64,000 bases of DNA from Streptomyces thermolineatus (GTDB lineage: Bacteria; Actinomycetota; Actinomycetes; Streptomycetales; Streptomycetaceae): the NCBI RefSeq assembly GCF_039533165.1, contig NZ_BAAATA010000012.1; one strand, written 5' to 3'. The translations under genes were made by a program, and so were the position numbers. Below, in pieces: positions 1 to 10,070 of the stretch (positions within the stretch are counted from its first letter, which is position 1; every line of letters starts with the position of its first letter). The notes beneath the pieces are model-generated. The model did no database searches. It saw nothing but the letters and a program-made list of their open reading frames with translations, and was not told where the DNA came from.

Positions 1-493
1 AGCCGAACTGGCCGGCCTGGGCGGCGGCGGTCTGCCTGTCCGGGTCGAAGGCGGGGGCGCCGCGCAGGATCGGGTCGCCCCAGCGGACGACGACGTTCTG
101 CTCGTAGCCGGCCGGGACCGTCACCGCGTCGGCGGTGTTGGGGGCGACGGGTGCGAAGCGCAGGCCCCGGGCGCCGTCGGCGGCCGCGCCGGCGCCGGCG
201 GTCCCGCCCGGGGCGGACGGTCCGGCCGGCGCGGCGGCGGCGTCCGTCAGGCCGCCCGTGACCGCCGCGGTGCCCGCGGCCGCCAGGGTGACGACGGCGC
301 CGGCTCGGAGGACGGAGCGGCGCGACAGGGCGTCGGAGACGACGTCGCCGAAGTAGGCGTTGGCCGTGGTGTTGGGTGCCTCGTGGGCACAGGCGTCACC
401 GCACTTGAAACGGCAGGTCAGTGCCGAACGCCCGCCGACGTGGGTGGTGAGCAGCGGGAGCGTCCTGCGGCCTTCGCCGGAGCCTGGTCGCAC
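1..493 (-). CDS. PhoX-like (DUF839) secreted phosphatase, N-terminal part; gene continues beyond window start
   Basis: The minus-strand translation from the GTG at 493 has a perfect AGGAGG RBS 6 nt upstream. It reads VRPGSGEGRR...RRSVLRAGAVVTLAAAG (Tat-like) followed by GLRFAPVAPNTADAVTVPAGYEQNVVVRWGDPI, a motif typical of PhoX. The ORF is not in the supplied track because it runs off the window edge. Confidence 0.55.
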   Translation of the reverse strand, partial: MRPGSGEGRRTLPLLTTHVGGRSALTCRFKCGDACAHEAPNTTANAYFGDVVSDALSRRSVLRAGAVVTLAAAGTAAVTGGLTDAAAAPAGPSAPGGTAGAGAAADGARGLRFAPVAPNTADAVTVPAGYEQNVVVRWGDPILRGAPAFDPDRQTAAAQAGQFG

Positions 494-698
494 GTTTTCC
501 TCCTGGAACCGTGGTGGTGATCGGTTCGGACGGTAGTCGCGGACGGTCGGCGGCGAGCCTCTCCGGGGTGAACGGGGAGTGAATGCGGAGTCACTTCTGG
601 GGCAATGCGGTGACCGGCCGGTGACCGTCGGTCGCGGAAGCGGACCGGGCGCCGCCGAACGGCACCCGGTCCGCGTGCCGCACCGGGCGGCCGGGGGA

Positions 699-1778
699 TC
701 ACGCCGCGGCGGGCAGCTCCGGGTGCTCCTCCTTCTCCTGCGCGTCGAAGGAGGCGAGGGTCCGGGCGAAGTCCCTGGTGGAGAGCAGCAGCTTGTAGAT
801 GATGGCGAGCTCGAAGACCATCAGCAGGACGGCCGCACCGACGGTGACGGGGACGAGCGCGCCGACCGCGGGGCCGACGATGAAGACGGCCATCTGGAAC
901 TCGATGCCGCTCACCAGGTGGGTGCGGATGCGGCGGCGCAGCAGGAAGGTGCGGAACCGGGCGTACCAGGGGAAGCGGCTGCGGAACTCCTGGTGCAGGT
1001 CGACGACGCCGGTCGGCACCGGGGCGACGGCCGCACCGGGCAGACCGGCCCCCTCCGGCCCGCCGTCGGCCGCGGCACCGGCCACGGGCACGGCCACGAC
1101 ACCGGCGGCACCGGCGGCACCGGCGGCGTCGGCGGCGTCGGCGGCGTCGGCGTCGGCCCGGGTGCCGACCTCGGTGTCGGCCTCGGGGTTGTCGCGGAGC
1201 AGGTCCTCCATGAAGGCGACCTCCCGCTCGGCCCCGGCCCGGCGCGCCTGCCGGGCGCGGGCCTTGATCTGCTTGCGCATGCCGTGGCGGATCTTGAAGA
1301 TCTGCAGGGCGTCGACGTAGCGCAGCATGTCGAGGAAGACGACGGCGAGCGCCAGCCACACGTAGAGGACGTCCCCGGTCCGGACGTACTGGCCGCCCAT
1401 CAGGGCGACGGCGCAGAACAGCACCCGCACGCGGTCGAACACGTAGTCCAGCCACGCGCCGAAGACGGACCCGGTGCCTGTCAGGCGGGCGAGCTTTCCG
1501 TCCATGCAGTCCAGCACGAAGCTGACGTGGTACAGCGCGGCCCCGGCCAGCAGCCACCGCCAGTCCCCCTGCGCGAAGCAGGCCGCCGCGCCCAGCCCCA
1601 GGACCAGCGCGGCCCAGGTGATGCCGTTGGGGGTGACCCAGCGGGCCCGCCGGGCCGTGAAGCGGACCAGTGGAGTGGCCACCGGGTCCACGAGGAGCAC
1701 GGTCCACCACGCGTCCCTTTTCTTCTCGGTGACGCGGCGGACCTCGGCGAGCGGGGGTATGTCGTGCAGCATGGTCAA
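699..1778 (-). CDS. CDP-alcohol phosphatidyltransferase family membrane protein
   Basis: The motif DCMDGKLARLTGTGSVFGAWLDYVFDRV matches the D-G-x2-A-R...G-x3-D-x3-D signature. Hydrophobic segments are present. The C-terminus is Ala-rich with a TM segment. Confidence 0.7.
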   Translation of the reverse strand: MTMLHDIPPLAEVRRVTEKKRDAWWTVLLVDPVATPLVRFTARRARWVTPNGITWAALVLGLGAAACFAQGDWRWLLAGAALYHVSFVLDCMDGKLARLTGTGSVFGAWLDYVFDRVRVLFCAVALMGGQYVRTGDVLYVWLALAVVFLDMLRYVDALQIFKIRHGMRKQIKARARQARRAGAEREVAFMEDLLRDNPEADTEVGTRADADAADAADAAGAAGAAGVVAVPVAGAAADGGPEGAGLPGAAVAPVPTGVVDLHQEFRSRFPWYARFRTFLLRRRIRTHLVSGIEFQMAVFIVGPAVGALVPVTVGAAVLLMVFELAIIYKLLLSTRDFARTLASFDAQEKEEHPELPAAA

Positions 1779-2033
1779 CTTTCCTGCATGGAACGGCGTT
1801 TCACGCCACGCTAGGAATTCCGTTCACCAAAGAGCAAGATGCCGGCCATACAACCTTCTTCCCTCGTCAGAGGTCTTGTGATCAACAAGGGTCCACGGAA
1901 TTCCCAGGCGTCCGTGCCGTTTCCGCGCTCTTTTCCGCGCCGCGGCGGCCCCCTTTTCTCTGCTGCCCTCCCCCGTCCCCCCGCAATTCCCCGCGCCCGG
2001 CTCTTTCCCGGCGCGGTCCGCCCGGGTGCGAGA

Positions 2034-2975
2034 ATGACCGGGCAAGGACGGCGGCGGGGCCCACGGAGGTGGCGGGTGGCAGGGACGGAGCGGGGCACGG
2101 CGGTGCTGCCCTTCACCGAGGCGCGGGCCCGTTCGGTCCTCGCCGCGCTTCGCGGTGCGGACGCCGCGGCGGACGCGAGGCTCGTCGCGTTCAGCGAGAA
2201 CGCGGTGTTCGCCCTGCCGGACGGGCAGGTGGCCAAGGTCGGGCGCAGCGCGGAGCTGCTGGACCGGGCCCGCCACGAGCTGCGGGTCTCGCAGTGGCTG
2301 GCCGGCCGGGACGTGCCCTCGGTGCGCCCGGCGGACCCGTCGGCCCACCTGGTGGACGGGCACCCCGTCACCTTCTGGAAGCGGCTGCCGGAAGCCGTGC
2401 GCCCCGCCCGCCCGGCCGACCTGGCCCCCCTGCTCGCCCTCGTGCACTCCCTGCCGTCACCGCCGTTCGACCTGCCCCGCCGGGAACTGCTGGGCGGCGT
2501 GGAGCGCTGGCTGCGGCTGGCCGGGGACGCGATCGACCCCGAGGACGCGCGGTTCCTGCGCGAGCGCCGCGACGGCTTCGCCCCCGCCGCGGCCGCCCTG
2601 ACCCCGCACCTGCCGCCCGGGCCGATCCACGGGGACGCGCTGCCGCGCAACGTCCTGGTGGGCCCGGACGGACCCGTGCTGGTGGACCTGGAGACGTTCT
2701 CCCTGGACCTGCGCGAGCACGACCTGGTGGTCCTGGACCTCAGCCGGGACCGCTACGGCCTCCCCGCCGCCGAGTACGAAGCGTTCACCGCCGCCTACGG
2801 CTGGGACGTGCGCGAGTGGGAGGGGTGCGCGGTGCTGCGCGGCGCCCGGGAGACGGCCAGTTGCGCCTGGGTCGCCCAGCACGCCCCGGCGAACCCCGGG
2901 GCCCGGGCGGAGTTCCGCCGCCGGGTGGCCTCCCTGCGCGACGGCGACCCCACCGTCCGCTGGTACCCGTTCTGA
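2034..2975 (+). CDS. phosphotransferase (APH/choline-kinase-like) family protein
   Basis: IHGDALPRNVLVGPDGPVLVDLETFS is a Brenner/APH catalytic motif. The ATG at 2034 is in frame with ORF 1839..2975. Confidence 0.6.
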   Translation: MTGQGRRRGPRRWRVAGTERGTAVLPFTEARARSVLAALRGADAAADARLVAFSENAVFALPDGQVAKVGRSAELLDRARHELRVSQWLAGRDVPSVRPADPSAHLVDGHPVTFWKRLPEAVRPARPADLAPLLALVHSLPSPPFDLPRRELLGGVERWLRLAGDAIDPEDARFLRERRDGFAPAAAALTPHLPPGPIHGDALPRNVLVGPDGPVLVDLETFSLDLREHDLVVLDLSRDRYGLPAAEYEAFTAAYGWDVREWEGCAVLRGARETASCAWVAQHAPANPGARAEFRRRVASLRDGDPTVRWYPF

Positions 2976-3050
2976 GCCCTCCGGGCCCACCCCGCCCCCG
3001 CTCCCGCCCCGCCCCCGCCCGGGCCGGTCGGGGCCGGCGCGGGCGTGCGG

Positions 3051-3569
3051 TCAGCGGCCCGCCGCCGTCTCGATCCAGGTGAGGATCGCCCGGACGGTGT
3101 CCGGCTCGAGGTCGGCGATGGCGCGGATCGCGCTCCCGTCGCCGGGCATCGGCGGGATGCCGGCGGCGATCAGGGCCGAGTGCAGCGCCAGCCGGTGCTG
3201 GTCCTGCGGGGCGAGCAGCGACCTGCGGCGCGCCGCGCCGTCCTTCGCGGCGGGCCGTGCGGACGGGGCCGCGCCGCCGCCGGGCGCGGAGGCGGGCACG
3301 GGGGCGGGCGGAGAGGCGGGGCCGGCGGGGGCCGCGGGGCCGGCCGGAACGGGCGGGGCGAGGTAGTAGCCTCCCCCCGCGGTCTGCGGGGCGGGGCCGG
3401 AGGGCGCCTGCTGCCCGGAGGGCGCTGTGCCGGCGGGCGCCTCCCCGGACGGCGCCGCCCCGGGGGGTACCGTGCCCGCGGGCAGGGTCTCGGGGCAGGT
3501 GCCCAGGAGGGCGTCGAGGTCCCCCAGAGGCACGAAAACGGTGTCGTTCCATGGATGGGCCATGGTCAT
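3051..3569 (-). CDS. hypothetical Pro/Ala-rich protein
   Basis: The ORF starts MTMAHPWNDTVFVPLGDLDAL, followed by a long P/A/G low-complexity tract and a conserved-looking C-terminal segment DQHRLALHSALIAAGIPPMPGDGSAIRAIADLE. No family is recognised. Confidence 0.35.
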   Translation of the reverse strand: MTMAHPWNDTVFVPLGDLDALLGTCPETLPAGTVPPGAAPSGEAPAGTAPSGQQAPSGPAPQTAGGGYYLAPPVPAGPAAPAGPASPPAPVPASAPGGGAAPSARPAAKDGAARRRSLLAPQDQHRLALHSALIAAGIPPMPGDGSAIRAIADLEPDTVRAILTWIETAAGR

Positions 3570-3770
3570 GGCGGCCTCCCGGCAGCTGAGGAAACGACAG
3601 GACCCCTTGTCAACCCCGCAAGGGGCCGACTGGTTCTGCCGGTTCCCAGGATTCACGCGATGGGCGCAACGCGGCGCCGGGACATTCGCACCTGTGCTCG
3701 GAGAGCACCAGCCGGAACGATTCCCCAACGGCGGGCCCCGGGACGGGAGCCGCCCCGGGACGGGGGTGCG

Positions 3771-5051
3771 TCAGGACACGGGGCGCGAGTCGGCCCAGAA
3801 CCCCTCGAACTCCTCGCGGTAGACGTCGAAGAGCCCGTGCTCGCCCCCGCTGTCGCCGTGCACCAGGTCCCGGGACCGCCCCCGGCCGCCGCGCAGCACC
3901 AGCACCGGCGCCTCCATGCCGCGGGCGCGGCGCAGGTAGGACTGGACGACCGCCAGCCCGTCGGAGCCGTCGCCGTCGACGAGGTAGGCGGTGAAGCGGG
4001 GGGTCTCGTCGAAGACCCGGATCTCGAACGCCCCGGTGTCGTGGACCCGGGAGCGGACCCGGCGCATGTGCATGATGTTCATCTCCACCGACCGGCTCAG
4101 CTCCCCCCTGCCGAGGCCGAGTTCGCGCTCGCGGCGGCGCACGGCGCTGCTGGCCGGGTTGAGGAAGAGCAGCCGGACCCTGGCCCCGGACTCGGCCAGC
4201 CGCACCAGGCGCCGGCCGGAGTAGTTCTGCACCAGCAGGTTCAGCCCTATGCCGATGGCGTCCAGGCGGCGCGACCGGCCGAAGAGGTCCTCCACCGGCA
4301 GCTGCCGCTGCAGCCGCACCCGGTCGGGGTGGACCGCCACGACGTCGGCGTAGCGGTCGCCGACCAGCTCCTCGACCGCGTCCACCGCGAGCCGGTCCGA
4401 GGAGGGCGTGCCGCCGGCGGTGCCCAGCAGGCCCAGCAGCCGCTGGGCGGCCCGCTCGGCCTGCGCGAGCACGGTCCCGGACAGGTTGCGGTTGCGCGAG
4501 ACGACGTGCCGGGCGACCTCCAGCTCGTCCAGGGCCAGTTCCAGTTCGCGCCGGTCCTCCAGGAACGGGTCGAAGCAGGGCCAGTGCTGGACGACCAGCT
4601 CGCGCAGCTGCGGCAGGGTGAGGAAGCTGATGACGTTGTCGTCGGCCGGGTCCAGCAGGTACCCCTTGCGCCGGCTGACCTCGCGGACGGCCGCGGCGCG
4701 CTGCACCCACTCCTGCCCCGCGGGCCCGGCCGCCGCGACCACCCACTCCTCGCCGTGCACCGGCTCGTACACCGGCCGCAGCACGGCGGCCACGACGGCC
4801 CGCAGCCGCTGCTCGACCAGGTTCAGCCAGACGTACGCCCGCCCGGCCCGCCGGGCGCGGCTGCGCACCTCTGCCCAGGCGTCGGTGCCCCAGTCCAGTT
4901 CCGCTCCGATCTCCGGGGGCCGGGCGACGGCCACGGCGGCGGCCGCCGGCTCGCCGCTCGGGTAGGGGTCTCCCTGGTCTCCGCCACCGGGGAGCACCAG
5001 TCCTCCCGAGGTCACCACCGCACCGCCCTTTCGACCCCCGTCCACGATCAA
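3771..5051 (-). CDS. hypothetical two-domain protein: N-terminal all-helical Swt1/HEPN-like domain plus C-terminal alpha/beta domain resembling the C-terminal domains of actinobacterial XRE-type regulators (DUF5919-like); start uncertain
   Basis: The N-terminal half reads VEQRLRAVVAAVL...EEWV...NVISFLTLPQLRELVVQHWPCFDPFLEDRRELELALDELEVARHVVSRNRNLS, a pattern reminiscent of Swt1-like HEPN, but no canonical Rx4-6H motif is seen. The C-terminal half reads VRLLFLNPASSAVRRRERELG...EIRVFDETPRFTAYLVDGDG...PVLVLRGG. The true start may be an internal GTG because the first ~50 aa are low complexity. Confidence 0.45.
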   Translation of the reverse strand: MIVDGGRKGGAVVTSGGLVLPGGGDQGDPYPSGEPAAAAVAVARPPEIGAELDWGTDAWAEVRSRARRAGRAYVWLNLVEQRLRAVVAAVLRPVYEPVHGEEWVVAAAGPAGQEWVQRAAAVREVSRRKGYLLDPADDNVISFLTLPQLRELVVQHWPCFDPFLEDRRELELALDELEVARHVVSRNRNLSGTVLAQAERAAQRLLGLLGTAGGTPSSDRLAVDAVEELVGDRYADVVAVHPDRVRLQRQLPVEDLFGRSRRLDAIGIGLNLLVQNYSGRRLVRLAESGARVRLLFLNPASSAVRRRERELGLGRGELSRSVEMNIMHMRRVRSRVHDTGAFEIRVFDETPRFTAYLVDGDGSDGLAVVQSYLRRARGMEAPVLVLRGGRGRSRDLVHGDSGGEHGLFDVYREEFEGFWADSRPVS

Positions 5052-5094
5052 GGAAGACTACTGCGACGGCGGCGGACGGCGCAGCCCGATGAGC

Positions 5095-6405
5095 CTACTG
5101 TCCTTCCTCCCAGCGGGGTTCGCCGTTGTAGCGCGGATCGTGCAGGTGGTCGGGCGTGATCGGGCTCATGGCGGTGACGTCGCGCGGGGCGATCTGGAAA
5201 CCCTGCCAGTGGACGGGCATCGGCGCCTGGTCCTCGTCGCGGGCGATGTGGTGGAAGCCGACGTTGACCCACACCACGGGCCTGGTCAGCTCCTGCCCGT
5301 CGACGAACCGGTCGACGGTGTCGGCGCACCTCGACTCGAACTCCCGGTTCCCGCTGGCGTACTTCTCGCACCCCTTGTACTGCGTGAAGTAGACGTCGTG
5401 CGAGGTGTACTCGTGCGGCGCGTACTTGTCGGTGTGCTGCTGGACGATCTCCCAGGAGCGGGGGTGGCCGTCCGCGTTCTTCCCGGTGTTGCTGACCACC
5501 CGCCACCAGCGGCTGGGAGCGGCGTCGCCGGCGGTCTCCTTCACCAGCCGCTTCCTGGTGGTCCTCAGCCGGGCCACGCCGTCGGCGCTGCGGCCGTTCG
5601 GCTCGGTGTCCCACTGCTCGACCTTGGCCTTCTCGGAGCCGTCGATGTCGAAGTCCAGCCGCCAGAAGACGTTGTGGTGGTGGCTGGTGGCCTTGTCCCG
5701 GTTGCCCTTGCCGAGCGGCATCCCGGTGGTGTCGCCGGCGTCGTAGTCGGCGGGCGAGAGGTTGCCGGTGGCGCCCTCCTTGGCCGTGACGGTGCCGTCG
5801 TCGGAGAAGTTCCACTGGGTGATGTAGTGGTAGTAGCCGACCGAGTTGACCACGTAGACGACCAGGTCGTCGCCCTGGGCGCTGTCGGTGCGGCCGGGGT
5901 CCTCGCCGATGTCGGAGCTGTTGCCGTGGTAGGCGAACCCGCGCGGCTGCGTGGTCACGCACAGCGCCGGGACGGGCCGCTCGCCCTCGACCCTGATGTT
6001 CTTGACGGTGCCGCCGGGGCAGTCGGCGGGCGCCAGCTTCTCCGGCGTACTGCCGAAGTAGAACGAGGTGACGTCGTTGTACTCCTGGGCGCCGTTGTCG
6101 TAGGGCACGTTGATCTGCGCGAGGCGGGCCGAGGCGAGCACCTTGATCGGCCTGCTCTCGTGCCTGGGCTGGTAGGAGACGTTCTCCAGGACCAGGCCGG
6201 CGGTGGGGCTGTTGTGCCAGCACATCCGCCACGTGGTGCCGTTGGGGAGCTTCTTGGCGATCGCCGATCCGGCGCTGCAGCCGGTGGCGGACGGCGGGGC
6301 GGGCTCCGGGGCGGCCTGCGCCGCGGGCCCGGCGGAGGCGCCGGTGGTCAGGACGAGGAGCGCCGGTGCCGCGAGGAGGGCGAGGCGCCGCACGGATGCG
6401 TGCAT
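5095..6405 (-). CDS. secreted copper amine oxidase-like protein (catalytic domain only)
   Basis: There is a signal peptide MHASVRRLALLAAPALLVLTTGASA. SHHHNVFWRLDFDIDGS matches the HxH...F..RLD...DG copper-site motif of CuAOs. VNVGFHHIARDEDQAPMPV matches the third His ligand motif (G.H..R.ED.P.MP). A TPQ-like region GYYHY deviates from the canonical NYD/EY. The protein is only 436 aa and lacks the N2/N3 domains. Confidence 0.5.
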   Translation of the reverse strand: MHASVRRLALLAAPALLVLTTGASAGPAAQAAPEPAPPSATGCSAGSAIAKKLPNGTTWRMCWHNSPTAGLVLENVSYQPRHESRPIKVLASARLAQINVPYDNGAQEYNDVTSFYFGSTPEKLAPADCPGGTVKNIRVEGERPVPALCVTTQPRGFAYHGNSSDIGEDPGRTDSAQGDDLVVYVVNSVGYYHYITQWNFSDDGTVTAKEGATGNLSPADYDAGDTTGMPLGKGNRDKATSHHHNVFWRLDFDIDGSEKAKVEQWDTEPNGRSADGVARLRTTRKRLVKETAGDAAPSRWWRVVSNTGKNADGHPRSWEIVQQHTDKYAPHEYTSHDVYFTQYKGCEKYASGNREFESRCADTVDRFVDGQELTRPVVWVNVGFHHIARDEDQAPMPVHWQGFQIAPRDVTAMSPITPDHLHDPRYNGEPRWEEGQ

Positions 6406-6561
6406 GGGACGTGACTCCGCTTCTTGGGATCCCCGGTCGGGGAGGAGACGGTGGGGTGCGCACCGGCGCCGGACGCCGCGCTCGTGCGGCGGGGCCGCGC
6501 GCCGCGGCCGTGCGCCGCGGCCGTGCGGCGGGGCGGGGCACCGGGCGTGCCGGGCGGCGCC

Positions 6562-7431
6562 CTACGGCAGGCGCAGGGCGGTGCGGGCGCTCAGGTCGAC
6601 GACCAGGTGGCGCACGTCGATCCACGGCCCGTCCGCCACCCGGGTGAACAGGCGTACGCACCGGTGCTCGCCGCACTTCGCGGCCGGCCCGGTCACGCCC
6701 TCGGGCGCGCGGTAGGTCAGGCCGCGGGTGTCCAGCTGGGCGGCCCGGGCGAGTGTCCGGCCGGTGGCGGCCCGGTAGTCCTCCTTCAGCCCCGCGCCGA
6801 GCGGGCTGTCCAGCAGGACGCCGACGGCCTCGGCCGCCTCGGCCCGCGAGGGCGGCGGCTGGGCGTTCCCGTTCCTCTCCGAGGCGACGACCTCGTGCTC
6901 CGTCAGGTCGACGGTCTTCTTCACCAGCGTGTCGTCGGAGTAGTCGTAGAAGTAGACCTCGGCGCGGCGGTGGCCGTCCCCTCCGGTGCCCCCGTCCCCG
7001 GAGGGCCGGGCGAGGGCGGTGCTGAGGTACTGGGCGTCCCCGTCCTTCCCGCGGACGTCCTCGGCGGCCGTGCGCAGTCCCCGGTCGCGCGCCAGGGCCA
7101 GGTCCCTGGCCGCCTCGATCTCGTCCGGGGTGAGGGCGTCGCGCCCGGTCCCGGTCTCCGCGGGCGGGGCGGGCTCCTCCACCACGCCGGGCGCGTCGTC
7201 CGCTCGGGACGCGCCGTCCGCACCGGGCGCGCCGTCCGCGGACGCCGCCCGCCCGGGCCCGTCCGCCCGTCCCGGCCGGCCGGTGCTCGCCGCGCCCGCC
7301 GTCCCGTCCTGTCCCGCCGCGTTCAGCGGCACGGTCACCGCCAGCATCGCGGCGGTGCAGGTGACCGCCAGTCCCGCCCCGATCGCCGCGCGCCGCAGCA
7401 CCGTGCGGCGGCGTTCCCCCCGTGGTTCCAC
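6562..7431 (-). CDS. hypothetical secreted protein (Tat-like signal)
   Basis: From the GTG at 7431 the protein begins VEPRGERRRTVLRRAAIGAGLAVTCTAAMLA. A Gly/Ala-rich linker follows. The C-terminal domain reads RAEVYFYDYSDDTLVKKTVDLTEHEVV...KCGEHRCVRLF. No family is recognised. It lies directly upstream of the amine oxidase gene on the same strand. Confidence 0.4.
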   Translation of the reverse strand: MEPRGERRRTVLRRAAIGAGLAVTCTAAMLAVTVPLNAAGQDGTAGAASTGRPGRADGPGRAASADGAPGADGASRADDAPGVVEEPAPPAETGTGRDALTPDEIEAARDLALARDRGLRTAAEDVRGKDGDAQYLSTALARPSGDGGTGGDGHRRAEVYFYDYSDDTLVKKTVDLTEHEVVASERNGNAQPPPSRAEAAEAVGVLLDSPLGAGLKEDYRAATGRTLARAAQLDTRGLTYRAPEGVTGPAAKCGEHRCVRLFTRVADGPWIDVRHLVVDLSARTALRLP

Positions 7432-7713
7432 TGCTTCCCCCGTGTCCGTCGTACGTCCGGCAGGGCCGGCCCTCTCCGGGCCCGTCGGACCCTGCCGTCC
7501 CTGGGGACGCAGCCGGGCCCGGGCGGGTTGCACGGGGCGGGTGGGCCGTGCGGGTCGCGTGGGGCACGAGGGGGGCTCACGGGGGCGCGCGGCGCGACAC
7601 CGAGGACGGAAGATGGGCGAAAAGCGCACGGATCGCCCCGGACTGGGTGAGGATTTTCCCGGAACCGGTGGCCGACAGGAGCACCGGCACCGGATGACGG
7701 GAAGAGACACAGC

Positions 7714-9852
<2,139 letters not shown>

Positions 9853-9883
9853 CGCCCGCGGGCGCGGCTCCGCCCGCCGGCGG

Positions 9884-9950
9884 CGGGTACGGGGGTACGG
9901 GTGGCGGGTACGGAAGTGCGGGTACGGGGGTGCGGGTACAGGGGTGCGGG
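9884..9950 (+). repeat. G-tract tandem repeat (GGGTACGGG-like units), G-quadruplex-prone
   Basis: At least 9 runs of G3-G5 are separated by 3-4 nt loops (TAC/TGC). The array lies in the glgX-treY intergenic region. Confidence 0.75.
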
Positions 9951-10070
9951 CGCGTCGGTGCCCGCGCCCGGCGCGTCCCGGCCCGGGCGCGCCCCCCGTT
10001 CGGCCGGAAAGCGCCCCCGCCCCGGGCCCCCGGGTGGTGAGCGGCCCGGCCACGGGGTAGTCAGAGCCTC

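Noticed and set aside
418-1814. ORFs 418..1710 (-) and 579..1814 (+) overlapping the CDP-alcohol phosphatidyltransferase gene
   Set aside because: They are alternative-frame and antisense low-complexity translations. The 699..1778 (-) frame carries the family signature.
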